Shown: positions 35,601-48,371 of the stretch, piece after piece
Layout: every line of letters begins with the position of its first letter
How positions within the stretch are numbered: the stretch's first letter is position 1
Origin: Podarcis melisellensis
Lineage: Eukaryota
DNA length: 64,000 nt
Assembly: GCA_964234715.1 (NCBI GenBank)
Contig: OZ174290.1
Direction: 5' to 3' (one strand)
The notes under the pieces: model-generated
What the model saw: only the letters and a program-made list of their open reading frames with translations
Databases searched by the model: none
Told to the model about the DNA's origin: nothing
Translations under genes and position numbers: made by a program

Positions 35601-36572
35601 AATATTGTAGATCTGCTGTGAGAAAAGGGTGCTTGGCTACAATGGACCATTGGCCTGATCCAACAGCCTCTCCTTACATCCTTATGTTTATCCAGGCCTG
35701 CCTCCAAACCTGCAAAACATAGGGCAGTGATTTACCAGGGGCAGTAATAAAAGAAAAAGAAAAGAAACAAACCAATTCTGGGCAAAAAGGGGGAAACTGC
35801 AGTTTATGATCTCTTATTTTCAAGCCAAGCCTAATCCTGTTCCCTGTCCTCAAGGCTAAATTCCACCACCCCCCTTTCAGGATACCATGCAGAAGACTGT
35901 GCTATGGGTCATGCCCTTTGATCTTAAGTCTGGGGTCTTTTGTGTAGTGGATGTTTGTGTAACTGGGAAGGAGCTGTTTCCCCAGGGAGTCTTGTCATTC
36001 TGGAAAGTGAGAATCCAGACACCTGAGGGAGGCTGAGCTCTGCAGCAAGGGGGAAAGATCATTCATGCTCATAAACAGCTAATCATCGCCAAAACACCAC
36101 CACCCCCTGTCGAAAGTTGAGTTAAGGGTCACTTCCCATGAGAGAGCCAGCCCAGGAAGGCCATTTGAAACATGCTTGCACCCTTGAGTTGTTCAAGCCA
36201 TGACTGTACTAATCTGCCGGGTCCTGAGCATGTTTTAAAGAGGACATTGACAAACTGGGACAGAAGAGGACAGCCAAGATGGCAGGTGGTCTGGGATCCA
36301 AGTCCTGAGGAGACAGTTGAAAGAATTGGGTCAGATTATTTTTTTTAAACTGGTTTGCCAGTTGCACAAATTCCCCATCAGACACCTAAAAAAACAAAAA
36401 CAATGTGTGCTTTGCTCCTTGTTTACCCCTTGCCTAAAATCAGTAGCAGCTTCTCCCTAGCAGTCAGTAGTTTGTATTGACTGTACAGTGATGGTTCGTT
36501 GGTGAACCTGCCTTGGTTCAGTAACCAGCAGTACTCAAAAGGAGTACTCAGAGAGTATACTGAGAGTACATT

Positions 36573-37100
36573 GGGAGCCAGTGTGGTGTAGTGGTTAGAG
36601 CAGGGGTTGGCAAGTTTCACTCCAGTGGAGATCCCTCCGTGGGCCGGATTGCACGTGCGCATGAGCAGGCACCCCCACGATTTCCAGTGTCTGCGTCTGC
36701 GCAGATGTGATTTCCGGCGCCACGGAAGCGAGTCCCCGCGCCGCACTGCCGCCGGTTTAGCGAAGGGTGCGGGGACTCGCCAAATGGGCAGCTCTGTTCA
36801 GGGGCAGCTTGTTGGCTGGTAAAATGACCCCTGTGGCCCACTTGTGGCCCATGGGCCTTAGGTTGCCTACTCCTGGCTTAGAGTGTCTGACTAAGACCTG
36901 GGAAGATGAGGGTTCAAATTCTCACTCAGCCATGAAGCTCACCTTGGGCTATTCATTGCCTCGCAGCCTTAGGCTACCTACCTTTCAGAGTCATTGTGGG
37001 AATTATATGAGGAGCACTGGGGGGGGGGGAGCAACCATGTGTGCCCCCTTGAGCTCCTTGGGAAAACAAGGTGGGATAAAGGAAACAAAATGAATAAATG
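36573..37100 (+). mobile_element. tRNA-derived SINE interrupted by a hAT MITE (36601-36875)
   Basis: Head agccagtgtggtgtagtggttagag resumes as tgtctgactaagacctggga...ggttcaaat after the insert; MITE TIRs CAGGGGTTGGCAA / TTGCCTACTCCTG; TSD G(G/C)TTAGAG. Confidence 0.7.
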
Positions 37101-37510
37101 AATAATACTGTAATGGTATTTGCAAAGATGTGACAAAACTTTACCTGCCCTAAGGTAAAGGTGATGAAGAAGGGGCTAACTGATCCCCCAAGATCCCTTA
37201 AAATTCTGTGATTAGCCATATCCACTCCACACAGTTTAAGCGCTGTTCTACTACTTTAAACAGTCATGCCTCTCCCCTGCAAGAATCCTGGGAACTGTAG
37301 TTTGTTAAGGGTGCTGAGACTTGTTGGGAAACCCTTATTCCTCTCACAGAGTTACAGTTCTCAAACTGATTTTAAAATCATAGCTTCCTGTGTTCCTTTC
37401 ATGCCTGATCATTGACTGTTCTGGCTGGGGCTGATGGGAGTTGGCATCCAATGTTATCTAGAGCAGGCTTGTCCAACTCCCAAGAGACTGCGATCTACTC
37501 CCACAATAAA

Positions 37511-38202
37511 TCATCATCATCATCAATCTTTATTACGGTCCAGAGACTGATCAAATAGTTACAAAGCAATACACAATTCATACAGCCTACCTCCAGGTTA
37601 AACAAGCATTTTGTTCAGAATATAGGGATCATTGGTTCTTGCAATCACCAATAAAAACTTTGCCACTGCTAATGTTCTAGCGTTTGTCCGGTCTTCCAAT
37701 AGGAACCTGACATAGTGAGCCTCTGATTTTCCCGGGAAAGGTACCAGCAAGGGTAATATCAGTTCAGCCCTGGCTTGCTCATATTTTGCACAGAGCAACA
37801 AAATATGTTTTATGGAATCAATGTCTTGAGCACACGAGCAAAGTCTGTCCTGGTAGGGAACTCCTCTCAACCTGCCACCCAACACCGCAGAAGGAAAGAT
37901 GTTTAGTCTGGCTTTGGTGAAAAGCCTTCGATAGTTTGGTACTGTCAGGTTTTTAATGTAAGATGCTAACTTAAAGACATGCCCATATTGTACTCCTACT
38001 GCCAGCGGACTACAGACTGCGTGTGATCGAGATCGCAAGTCACTGTGTGGATTATCCCATAATCTTTCCTTTAACATTTTTAGGGTGCCTTCATAACCCA
38101 GGTAATACAGTTGGGGGGGGGGTTGACAGACCAATAGAGGTGGCTTTTTTAGCCATGGTTTTCTGCCATTTGCTGACAAATTCCTCATTGGTCAGGTGTT
38201 TG
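37511..38202 (-). mobile_element. LINE 3' fragment with C-terminal CCHC knuckle (RTE-X-like)
   Basis: ORF ...ARLNIFPS...RLCSC...HILLLC..Y...R; aataaa followed by a (GAT)n tail; 15-bp TSD TACTCCCACAATAAA at 37496-37510 and 38203-38217. Confidence 0.75.
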
Positions 38203-38742
38203 TACTCCCACAATAAAAAAATTGGCGATGATCTACCCACTGGATTGACCAAAGAATCAAAGTTGTTGAGCTTTTTTGGTCTAGCAACATCTGTGGCTGG
38301 ATAAAGGATGAACATTATAGGACCAATCAATTATAGAGCCCAGCTCTCAGTTTCTCCACCATGATCTGCGCTGGCCCCAAATTGGAAGGGGGGGTGTGGA
38401 TTAAAAGGAGCAAGCCTTGTGAGAAGGTAGGTGCTGTTTTGCCACTGCCTCCCCACAAATCCACCATGTTTTTCAAGGCTGATTAGCTCCAATCCACATC
38501 AGCCTTTGCAGATAAACAAAGCGTGTCTGGTTCTCACCCCTGAGGCCTGCATGTCAGCACAAAGGAGAGGGTAGCATTGCTGCATATTCAGACAGCAGTT
38601 TCACACTGTGAGCCTCTAGCAATTAAGGAGTGGCTAGAGGTTCATTTGCAAGAGCTGTTACCCAAAATGACTTCCTAGAAAGGAATGAACCCACTATTTC
38701 CCCCTCCTTCTCCCCCAAATCTAGGAATTGAATTGTCTATCT

Positions 38743-38910
38743 CAGGGGTAGGCAACCTAAGACCCAGGGGCAGGATGCAGCCCAATCGCCTTCTCAATCC
38801 GGCCAGTGGACAGTCTGGGAATCAGCGTGTTTTTACATGAGTAAAATGTGTGCTTTTATTTAAAATGCACCTCTGGGTTATTTGTGGGGCATAGGAATTT
38901 GTTCATTTCC
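38743..38910. mobile_element. hAT MITE, partial
   Basis: CAGGGGTAGGCAA terminus; homologous to the 11591 and 48111 copies. Confidence 0.7.
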
Positions 38911-39216
38911 CTCATCTACCACAAGCAAAGAGATCCAATGGGGGTTGTGTTGTGGCTTCCTCATAAAAAGGAAGAAGATTCAACAGATGCTTTTGGTAGA
39001 TTGGATTCACCAACATCTTCATAGGTAATACAGATAGATGTTGGAGGTGCGATTTATTTTTCTTTGTGGTCCAAAATAGTTGTCCACATTTATTATGTAT
39101 CAGAGAAATGCTTGGTATTTGCAGATGGCCATGCACTTTTAAATTATATGCTTGTGGTGCAGGGACCAACAGCAGGACGACCAAAGTGGTTTTTGCAAGC
39201 TCTTATGGTTTCCAAG

Positions 39217-39576
39217 GGGATGCGGGTGGTGCTGTGGGTAAAACCTCAGCGCCTAGGACTTGCCGATCGCATGGTCGGCAGTTCGAATCCCCGCGGCGGG
39301 GTGCGCTCCCGTCGTTCGGTCCCAGCGCCTGTCAACCTAGCAGTTCGAAAGCACCCCCGGGTGCAAGTAGATAAATAGGGAGCGCTTATCAGCGGGAAGG
39401 TAAACGGCGTTCCGTGTGCGGTGCGGGCTCGCCAGATGCAGATTGTCAAGCTGGCCCAGTGACCCGGAAGTGTCTGTGGACAGTGCTGGCTCCCGGCTTA
39501 TAGAGTGAGATGAGCGCACAACCCTAGAGTCTGGCAAGACTGGCCCGTACGGGCAGGGGTACCTTTACCTTTACCT
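39217..39576 (+). mobile_element. Sauria SINE, divergent subfamily, inside an L1-like remnant
   Basis: Intact GTTCGAATCC B box; TSD TTATGGTTTCCAAG at 39203-39216 and 39577-39590. Confidence 0.88.
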
Positions 39577-39829
39577 TTATGGTTTCCAAGAGACTTCTGA
39601 TTCAAACCTGGAAGGACAAACACCCACCATCCATTCTGCAATGGTTCAAGGACCTCACTGCCCTTTGCTGCTGCTGAACGTACAATATTTTGTTTCAGTT
39701 TTGTTCATATATCTATCAAGACATTTGGAGGGCAATTTTTACCTATATGTTGACTTACATGTTTAGGATGAGATGGATGATTAGATGGTCATTGCATTTC
39801 TAATGTGAGCAGATGTTTGCTTTCCCCAT

Positions 39830-40290
39830 TTAAAAAAAAATATTTTTATTAGTTTTTATATATATTTTCCAAACAAAACATAACATCTCCTCTCCTCTTA
39901 TACAACATTTTGTCTGTAAGCCTAGGACTTCCATCAACCACATCTAATGATTTTCAACCTTCATCACTTAGCCTTGCATTTCAATATTTTCACTGTTACT
40001 TTAATAGTCATAACTTAAAGTCCCTTATCATAAATTTTACTGCAATATTTCATATAGTTCTCCTTACAAAACCTCTTGTAATCCTATGAGCGTAGTCAAT
40101 TTGAATACAATTGTTTTTCAAATGGTTCGTATATTTACTCCAGTCTTTCAAGCATTTCTGGTCCCACCGGTTTCGAATTCTCCCTGTCATCTTATCCAGT
40201 TCTGCATAGTCCATTAATTTCGTCTGCCACTCTTTTTTCCCTTTTCCCATTTTTTTTGTCTTGCTTCTCCCCTTTCTGTTTTTGTTAAAC
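39830..40290 (-). mobile_element. L1-like LINE 3' end
   Basis: WQTKLMDYAELDKMTGRIR...KDWSKY..HLK resembles squamate L1 ORF2 ends; related pieces at about 44130-44450 and 45890-46440. Confidence 0.55.
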
Positions 40291-40295
40291 TTGCT

Positions 40296-40311
40296 AGATA
40301 GACAGACAGAC

Positions 40312-40358
<47 letters not shown>

Positions 40359-40360
40359 TA
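40296..40360. repeat. (GATA)n/(GACA)n microsatellite
   Basis: Direct reading. Confidence 0.9.
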
Positions 40361-40392
40361 GCTGGATGCCACCCACCTGAGCTGCACAGCCT

Positions 40393-40415
40393 TAGTAGTA
40401 GTAGTAGTAGTAGTA

Positions 40416-40457
<42 letters not shown>

Positions 40458-40853
40458 TTTATTTATACCCCGCCCTCTCCAGCCGAAGCCGGGCTCAGGG
40501 CGGCTAACAACAATAAAATAGTACAACATTCTAAAACCATTCATTATAAAATTAATTAAAATCAAATTGATGGCAACCATTGGGCTAGAGTTCTGTGAAG
40601 ATTGCCAAAGGAGGGAGTCAGGCTGTGCCCCGACCAAAGGCCTGGCAGAACAGCTCTGTCTTGCAGGCCCTGCGGAAAGATGTCAAATCCCGCAGGGCCC
40701 TAGTCTCTTGTGACAGAGCGTTCCACCAGATTGGAGCCGCGGCCGAGAAAGCCCTGGCTCTAGTTGAGGCCAGCCTAACCTCTCTGTGGCCTGGGACCTT
40801 AAAGATGTTTTTGTTTGAAGACTGTAAGTTCCTCTGTGGGACATACCAGGAGA
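40393..40853 (-). mobile_element. L2-type LINE 3' fragment
   Basis: Reverse homolog of the 3' part of the 9830 element; (TAT)n/(TAC)n tail. Confidence 0.8.
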
Positions 40854-41420
40854 GTTACACATGTGTCACACATGTGACCTCCCCATACATTCCTCCTATG
40901 CATCCTAGGGTGAGGAAGGGCCCATATGTTCCCCTTTCTCTTCAGGGCAGAGGTGTTAGTGGACACCTGCCACTCCAGCTGGCTTCAAGCAGCTATGCTG
41001 GGGGTGCACAACATGAGGCCACCAGTCTTATGGGAAGCAGGGATTGGCAGACTTCTGCTGCTATCCTTATACTGCCCATAGCCTTATGTTTGTGGCCCAC
41101 ATCCATGGACCATGTGGGGAAACAGATGTTGGCTAAACGTTAGGGGAGCAAGATCCCAGTGGTGAGAGCTGTTTGACAGTGGAACAGACTGGCTCAGGAG
41201 GTGGGTGGGCCCTCCTTCTCCAGAGGCATTTAAACAGAGGCTGCAGAAACATCTGGCAGGGATGGTTTGCAGCTGCATCCTGCACTGCTGATCCATAAAG
41301 AGGTTAGCGCAGATGACCTCCACAGCCTCTGTGTTTCAGTTCTTATGAAAGCATACCTGCTCAAACTACTGCCTACCTTCAAACGGTTATTGGAAGGTCA
41401 AAACAGACTCTATATGTATA

Positions 41421-42025
41421 CAGTGGTACCTTGGGTTAAGTATCGGTACTTAATTCGTTCCGGAGGTCCGTTCTTAACCGGAAGCTGTTCTTAACCTGAG
41501 GTACCACTTTAGCTAATGGGGCCTCCCGCTGCCACCACACGATTTCTGTTCTCATCCTGAAGCAAAATACTTAACCTGAGGTACTATTTCTGGGTTAGCG
41601 GAGTCTGTAACCTGAAGCGTATGTAACCTGAAGTGTATGTAACCCGAGGTAGGTAAAGGTAAAGGGACCCCTGACCATTAGGTCCAGTCATGACCGACTC
41701 TGGGGTTGCGGCGCTCATCTTGCTTTATCCGCCGAGGGAGCCGGCGTACAGCTTCCGGGTCATGTGGCCAGCATGACTAAACCGCTTCTGGCGAACCAGA
41801 GCAGCGCACGGAAACGCCGTTTACCTTCCTGCCAGAGCTATACCTATTTATCTACTTGCACTTTGACGTGCTTTCGAACTGCTAGGTTGGCAGGAGCAGG
41901 GACCGAGCAACAGGAGCTCACCCCTTCAAGGGGATTTGAACTGCTGACCTTCTGATCTGCAAGTCCTAGGCTCTGTGGTTTAACCCACAGCGCCACCCGA
42001 GTCCCTGTAACCCGAGGTACCACTG
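41421..42025. mobile_element. Tc1/mariner MITE with a Sauria SINE in its right TIR
   Basis: TA|CAGTGGTACC...GGTACCACTG|TA. Confidence 0.8.
41652..42005 (-). mobile_element. Sauria SINE, full length
   Basis: 14-bp TSD TGTAACCCGAGGTA at 41638-41651 and 42006-42019. Confidence 0.9.
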
Positions 42026-43560
42026 TACAAATGTATCCTGGTGGGGTCTTAACACACAATGTGATACCTTGCTTTTTGGCTTATAGAGCCAACATGCATA
42101 CAGGTGTCAGGTAAGGCTCTGTTTCCACCTTGTGATAAATGTGTTGCTGTTCCATTTTGAGATAATGGGCTGTATCCAACTCAATTGTTCTCAGAGTAGA
42201 CCAACTGAAATTAACAGATCTACTTAATTAATTAACCTAAGTTAATCATGTCCATTAACTTCCATGGGTCTACTTTGAGCAAGACTAGCATTGGAGACAA
42301 CCCTGTGCATATTAAGCAGTATTTATTTATTTAGTCAGTTACAGACTACATAAATAAGTCAAATAAATATGAGAAACAATGATAGTGATGGCCAGTGCTT
42401 TTTTAAAAAAATAAAATAAAATGGTGATTTTCTTGAGTCAAAATGAGAGTACCCCTAAACGTTTTTAAATAAAGAAAAGCACTGGTGATGGCTTTAAAAA
42501 GGAAGAAGTTGCAGACGTACAACACAGCAGGCATTGTTTTCAGAAGAAACTGGAAGCAGCATCAGAAAACAATGGCATGGAAGAAATATACATTTGTTAT
42601 TCCAGTGCAATTCGAATCCTGCTGGTCCCTCACCAGGGAAATTCAGAAAAATAAAGGAATATTCAAAATACTTAGAAGGGACTAGCACATCTTAAAGTTA
42701 AATCTGCATTTCTCTGAGGGAGGAAAATAAGGGTTGTTAGAGCAGATCATTAGAGAGATATCCAACTCAGCCCACCTTGTGTTCTCTTATTTCTGCATTC
42801 TCATGTATTGACATTCTGAATCCAGAGGAAGCCATTTTAAAAAATTAGCAGTACACTTAGAATTTGGCTATGATGCCCCGATGTGGTATTAACCTCATCC
42901 ACTTCATCAATAATGAGCCTAAATCTTATACACCCAGACAAGGCAGATTATTTTGAGGATTAAGGGGCAAAAGCCTGACTAGCTTTGATGCAAATGTTCC
43001 CAAACTGCGCTGGACCTTTAGCATGTAGGAGGAACATGTTTGAAGTGCTAATGATCTGATGAGAGACATTTGCATGTAAATGCACGCAAGTGCCATTACT
43101 CTCACTCTGAAGCAGGGATGTGCTAAGCAAAGGCTACTAACCCAGCTACACACCTGCTTTCAAATGCATTTTTTTGAGCTTTGTGCCCCCTGCCAGGGAA
43201 ATACATGCCTGCTGAGCTGGACTCCATTGAGCACCAGTTAGTATCTTCCTTTCCCTAGAGGCCTTTTTAGCACTGTTGATTTTTTCATAAATTGCTGTCA
43301 CACCTCTTTGAATGCCTTTTGGGCATGTGAAATGTGGGTCATCAAAATTCTCTGATGAACAGGAATGCATTGATAGCATAACATTGCACTGATATGAGAC
43401 TGTGTGGTAAATTCAGAGGAAACCTGATTGACCCAGATTTTCTTTTGTTTGGATAACTGAGAAGTAAATATTCTTCAGATGAGCCTAAGCTTTGCATGAT
43501 TTCCTAAACTTTGTATGGTTTTTTTTTCTTTGCCTTAATTATTTAGTCAAGGATTTGAGG

Positions 43561-43627
<67 letters not shown>

Positions 43628-43629
43628 TC
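43561..43629. repeat. (CTTT)n microsatellite
   Basis: Direct reading. Confidence 0.92.
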
Positions 43630-44626
43630 GCTTTTGTCTTTAATGTTCCTTATCCCATTACTTATTCTATCACCTATGCTTTCTTTCTTGCGTAATCATT
43701 TTGAAATTAGCCCTTTATGGGGCTAAGTATTTGTGTTCTTTTTCTATCCTTTGCTTTGCAATAATACTAATACTATCTCCCCCATGTCTGTGTCTCACTA
43801 CAGGCATTAATTGACACTGCATGAGTTATGAGGATTATGCTACCACCAATTACTCCTATTATCTATTTTCACTGAATTTATTTGTTATACATATAAGCTT
43901 TAATTGAATACTATCGGTCTCTACTTTTTACATTTATGACAACTTGACCCCGATGATCACAGCCTTTTACTTTTCTATATCCATGTATAAAGGATGCTTC
44001 CTCGTGTGGCTAAGATTCAAACACAATAAATTTGTTCATCTTTAAAGTGAAAAAAGAGTTGTTATTAGTATTTCATTCTGTGTAGATCCTAATATTGTTT
44101 CTTTCCATTAATCTCCTATGTGAAAGCCCTTCAAACTTCATTGTCTTCCTGAAGACCAAAATTTTAAGAAGGAACGGGGAAAATATGTAATTTACCTTAA
44201 AAACCATTGCAAACAATTACAATTATTAGTAGGACTGGAATAACACTTGTAGCTTAATGTTGAATTTTGGGTATAATGGAGATTTAAAAGATTTGATTAA
44301 TAGACAGGATGCAGGAGGAAAAGGTTAATATAAAGACCCACAAAAGGGAAGAGGGACGTTCAGGAGAGTCTTCGGAATTCTCTTTCTATGTTGATAGTTT
44401 GATAATTGTTTGTAAAAATTTTTTAATCTGAAAAACTAAATAAAATTTAAAAAAGAGAAAGACCTTCAAACTTCAGGTGATATTCTAATCAAATACAGAA
44501 ACATATTTTTATTTCTTGCTACGATGTGGCTACAGTGTAAATGCACACGCAGACTTTCTCAGTTCAAGAGTGATTTCTCCTTTAGCGATTTTACTTGAAT
44601 TTTCCCACAAGCTTACCTATAACATA

Positions 44627-44867
44627 CAGTGGTATCTTGGTTTGCGAACAGTCTGGTTTGCATACGTTTTGGATTACAAACATGTCAAACCCAGAAGTGC
44701 GTGACCCGGTTTGTGAACTTTTTTTTGGATTACAACCCTTTTTGGGGGGATTACGAACATTTTTTTTTTGAAGCCCCATTGGCAGAAGTGTGCCTTGGGT
44801 TACAACCTGTTTTGGTTTATGAACGGACCTCTGGAATGGATTATGGTTGTAAACCAAGGTACCACTG
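44627..44867. mobile_element. Tc1/mariner-type MITE
   Basis: TA|CAGTGGTATCTTGGTTT...AAACCAAGGTACCACTG|TA. Confidence 0.78.
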
Positions 44868-45182
44868 TACTAAGGACTGTAATCAATTAAAGTTCCTTCA
44901 GACTCGTGAGGTTTTTTAAATTTTTGGTGGTTGTTTTTTTTGCAGGTATATTCCACAACATGTCACTGAAAGATTAAGAGTGCTTTAGTGCTGGATTTAT
45001 ATATAGTACTGGACAATCCATCCATCATTCTGTTCTGCACGGTTGTTCTGCGATGCTCCCTCAATCAGATTGTTGCCATCTCATTGGGGAGGGGTGTCAC
45101 TCTTGCACTATAGCCTTGCTCATCTCAACATCATTGAGTCGACAGCATTTGGAGTTAAGCCCTGTTAAGTCCCGTTGAATTG

Positions 45183-45183
<1 letters not shown>

Positions 45184-45234
<51 letters not shown>

Positions 45235-45581
45235 TTATTATTTATACCCCGCCCATCTGGCTGGGCCTCCCCAGCCACTCTGGGCGGCATCCATAAAAAC
45301 CAAAAATACAGTAAAATATCACACATTAAATACTTCCCTGAACAGGGCTGCCTTAAGATGTCTTCTGAATGTCAGGTAGTTGTTTATCGCTTTGACATCT
45401 GCTGGAAGGGCGTTCCACAGGGTGGACGCCACTACCGAGAAGGCCCTCTGCCTGGTTCCCTGTAGCTTTGCTTCTCGCAATGAGGGAACCGCCAGAAGGC
45501 CCTCGGCGCTGTACCTCAGTGTCCGGGCAGAATGATGGGGGTGGAGACGCTCCTTCAGGTATACTGGACCGAGGCCATTTA
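45184..45581 (-). mobile_element. L2-type LINE 3' fragment
   Basis: GLGPVYLKERL...RAFSVVASTLWNALP; (ATT)n tail. Confidence 0.8.
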
Positions 45582-47134
45582 ATCCAGTTAAACTAGTTTG
45601 TAGTCCGGATTGATAGTAAATCCCCAGTTTATTGACCAATCCATGCTTAAGTCCCAGTGAACTGAATGGAAGGCGCCTATCAGCCATGACTGGGTGGAAA
45701 ATACTTCACGGGGGACAAAGGAGTCCCATCCTAATGTTGGTTTGGGGTAAAGCCATTAGCTTGGTGGTAGAGCATCTGCTTTGGGCACAGAAGGTCCCAG
45801 ATTCAGTTCCCAGTGCCCTGGGTAGGGTTAGAGGACACCCCCTGCCTGAAACCCGGGACAGCTAGAGCCAGCCAGTGGTTTGGTTGTTGTTTTTTTTAAA
45901 AAATATTTTATTGATTTTTCAAAAATAACAGAATTAAATAAAAAAACCAACAAAATAACACAATACGAAAACAAAACGAAACAAACCGACTTCCCTCTAA
46001 TCCCTTCCCTGGTACCATTATTTGTCAATATACAGCATGCCCCTTGTTATGTTTGTAACATATTTAAATCACCTATTATCCATTCATTGTACTTTTAAAA
46101 CCCTGCTAATGTATTAACCTGTTAATAATAACAAATTATTTATATCCCGCGCTCCCCAGCCAAAGCCGGGCTGAGAGCAGCTAACAACAGTAAAAATAGT
46201 ACAGTTTACATAAAATCACAATCAATTAATTGAAATACATTCTAAAATCAATTCAGAATCAAATTAATGGCAACCGTTGGGCTAGAGTTCCAAGAAGATT
46301 ACAGGAGGAGACAATGTTTCTGTATATATGCAATAAACATCTTCCATTCTTCCTTAAATTCTTTGTCATCTCTGGCTCTTAATTTCATTGTCAGTTTTGC
46401 CATTTCAGCATGTTCTATTAATTGAACTTGCCAGTCTTCTTCAGGAGCCAGCCAGTGTGGACAATCATGAGCTATAAAAGCCACTGGTTTGCCTTGATCA
46501 TGTCTTCCTATAATACCTTGACTGGAACCAAACATTCATCAAGAAGACAGCAAGCTTCCCAGCTGATAAAACCTCTTCACCCAGCTGGAAAACCACAAGC
46601 AGAAAACCACTTGTGAGAATGAAATGGGGGGAGAGAGGAACCACATACAGCCCCCCTCGGAGGACAGGGGAGATAGAAGTGGAGCAAATAAACCAAACCT
46701 GAGCACATGCTCAGTGCATGAATTGGTATTCCAAAGCTTGCACACAAATCCTTCCAGATGGAAAGTGGTTGAATGAGCTGCTTATAAATGATGCTTAATA
46801 TACTGCTATCTAATTCTGCAGACTAAATGTTTGCTTTGGATGCAGAGGAAAGTGTCACAGAGGGTGAGTATGGGGGCAGCTTCTACCGATTCTGTTCATT
46901 GTTATTATGGCATTTTGAGATAACTGTTTTTTGAAAATGACTTTTATCCATAATTTTTTATGTTTAAGAGAATTTTTTTGTTTTCCTGTTAATGAAATCC
47001 TGCTTTAAATGTGGGTTTCTCATCTGACCATTATCTGGAATCTTTTATTTTGATATTATGCAATGCTTTATTGGATGCTTTAATTTAGGTCGTAAACTGC
47101 TTTGAGGTATTTTTCTTCTTTTAAAAAATATAAA

Positions 47135-47279
47135 NNNNNNNNNNNNNNNNNNNNNNNNNNNNNNNNNNNNNNNNNNNNNNNNNNNNNNNNNNNNNNNNNN
47201 NNNNNNNNNNNNNNNNNNNNNNNNNNNNNNNNNNNNNNNNNNNNNNNNNNNNNNNNNNNNNNNNNNNNNNNNNNNNNNN
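47135..47279. other. Assembly gap (N run)
   Basis: 145 consecutive n characters. Confidence 0.99.
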
Positions 47280-48110
47280 AACCTTGTTGATTGCAGCAGC
47301 TTCATTTAGAAAGGGAGGCAGGCTTTGTTTTTGTTGCCATTGTTAAAACATAGGGAGCTGGAAACCTTTGCAAATCATCCTAGAGGTCTCCCAGTAGATC
47401 CCTGATCTGCCTTCTGACCTCCCCTGATTTAGCATACCAACTGGAGCCCTGCATATCCTGGTGTGTGTCTCTGTTCCTCATCATCTGAACCCCTTATATT
47501 CCTGCCAGGTCACTTTGGGGGAGTCTCTTCGGGTGATCCCCCATGGCTCAGGTGCACAGGTTGTAACTACTAGAAACTGTGCGTTCAGTGTTGTGGGCCC
47601 AAGCCTGTGGAACTTCCTCCCACTTGAACCTAGGCAGGCACACTCCTTGATGAACTTCCTATAGCAGCTTGCATTTTAAGGTAGCATTTGGTGCGGCTTT
47701 GTGACTAATTTTTATTTCTCTTATTCTCTCTCTCTGTGTGTGTTTGTAGTTTTATATACATTGCTTAGAAATGTTAACGGAGCTAAGGAGGTTCTAACAG
47801 TGGAGAAGGGTCCATTTGGGTGAATGGAGCCCTGCCCCACCAAACTCAGTCTGCCCTCAGCCAGTGCCCATCTGCCTGTCTTACCAGGCCAAGGAGCGGA
47901 GGGTTGCCTTCCTTCTCCTTTGCCTCAGTGTTGCCCTTGTAGACTTCAGCAGGGAGGAGCTCAAAAATAGAAATAGTTGGTTCCACTTGCAGTAGTTCCA
48001 CTTCTCATTAGCTCTGGCGCCCCCTGCTGTTGGCCTCCCTCCTTTCCACCCTGCCAGACCCAATGGGCTCCAGTCACCACTGATATAATAACACATGATT
48101 TATACTAAGT

Positions 48111-48371
48111 CAGGGGTCAGCAAAGATTTTTAGCAGGGGGCTGGTCCACTGTCCCTCAGACCTTGGGGGCGGGGGGGGGGGTGGCGGACTATATTTTGGG
48201 GGGGAAATGAACTAATTCCTATGTCCCACAAATAACCCAGAGATGCATTTTAAATAAAAGGACACATTCTACTCATGTAAAAACATGCTGATTCCTGGAC
48301 CGTCTGTGGGCCGGATTTAGAAGGCGATTGGGCCGCATCCAGCCCCCTGGGCCTTAGTTTGCCTACCCAAG
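48111..48371. mobile_element. hAT MITE
   Basis: CAGGGGTCAGCAAA terminus; 8-bp TSD TACTAAGT at 48103-48110 and 48372-48379. Confidence 0.8.

Noticed and set aside
37598-38188. 196-aa ORF as a host gene
   Set aside because: Bounded by a 15-bp TSD and a simple-repeat tail, so it is a truncated LINE.
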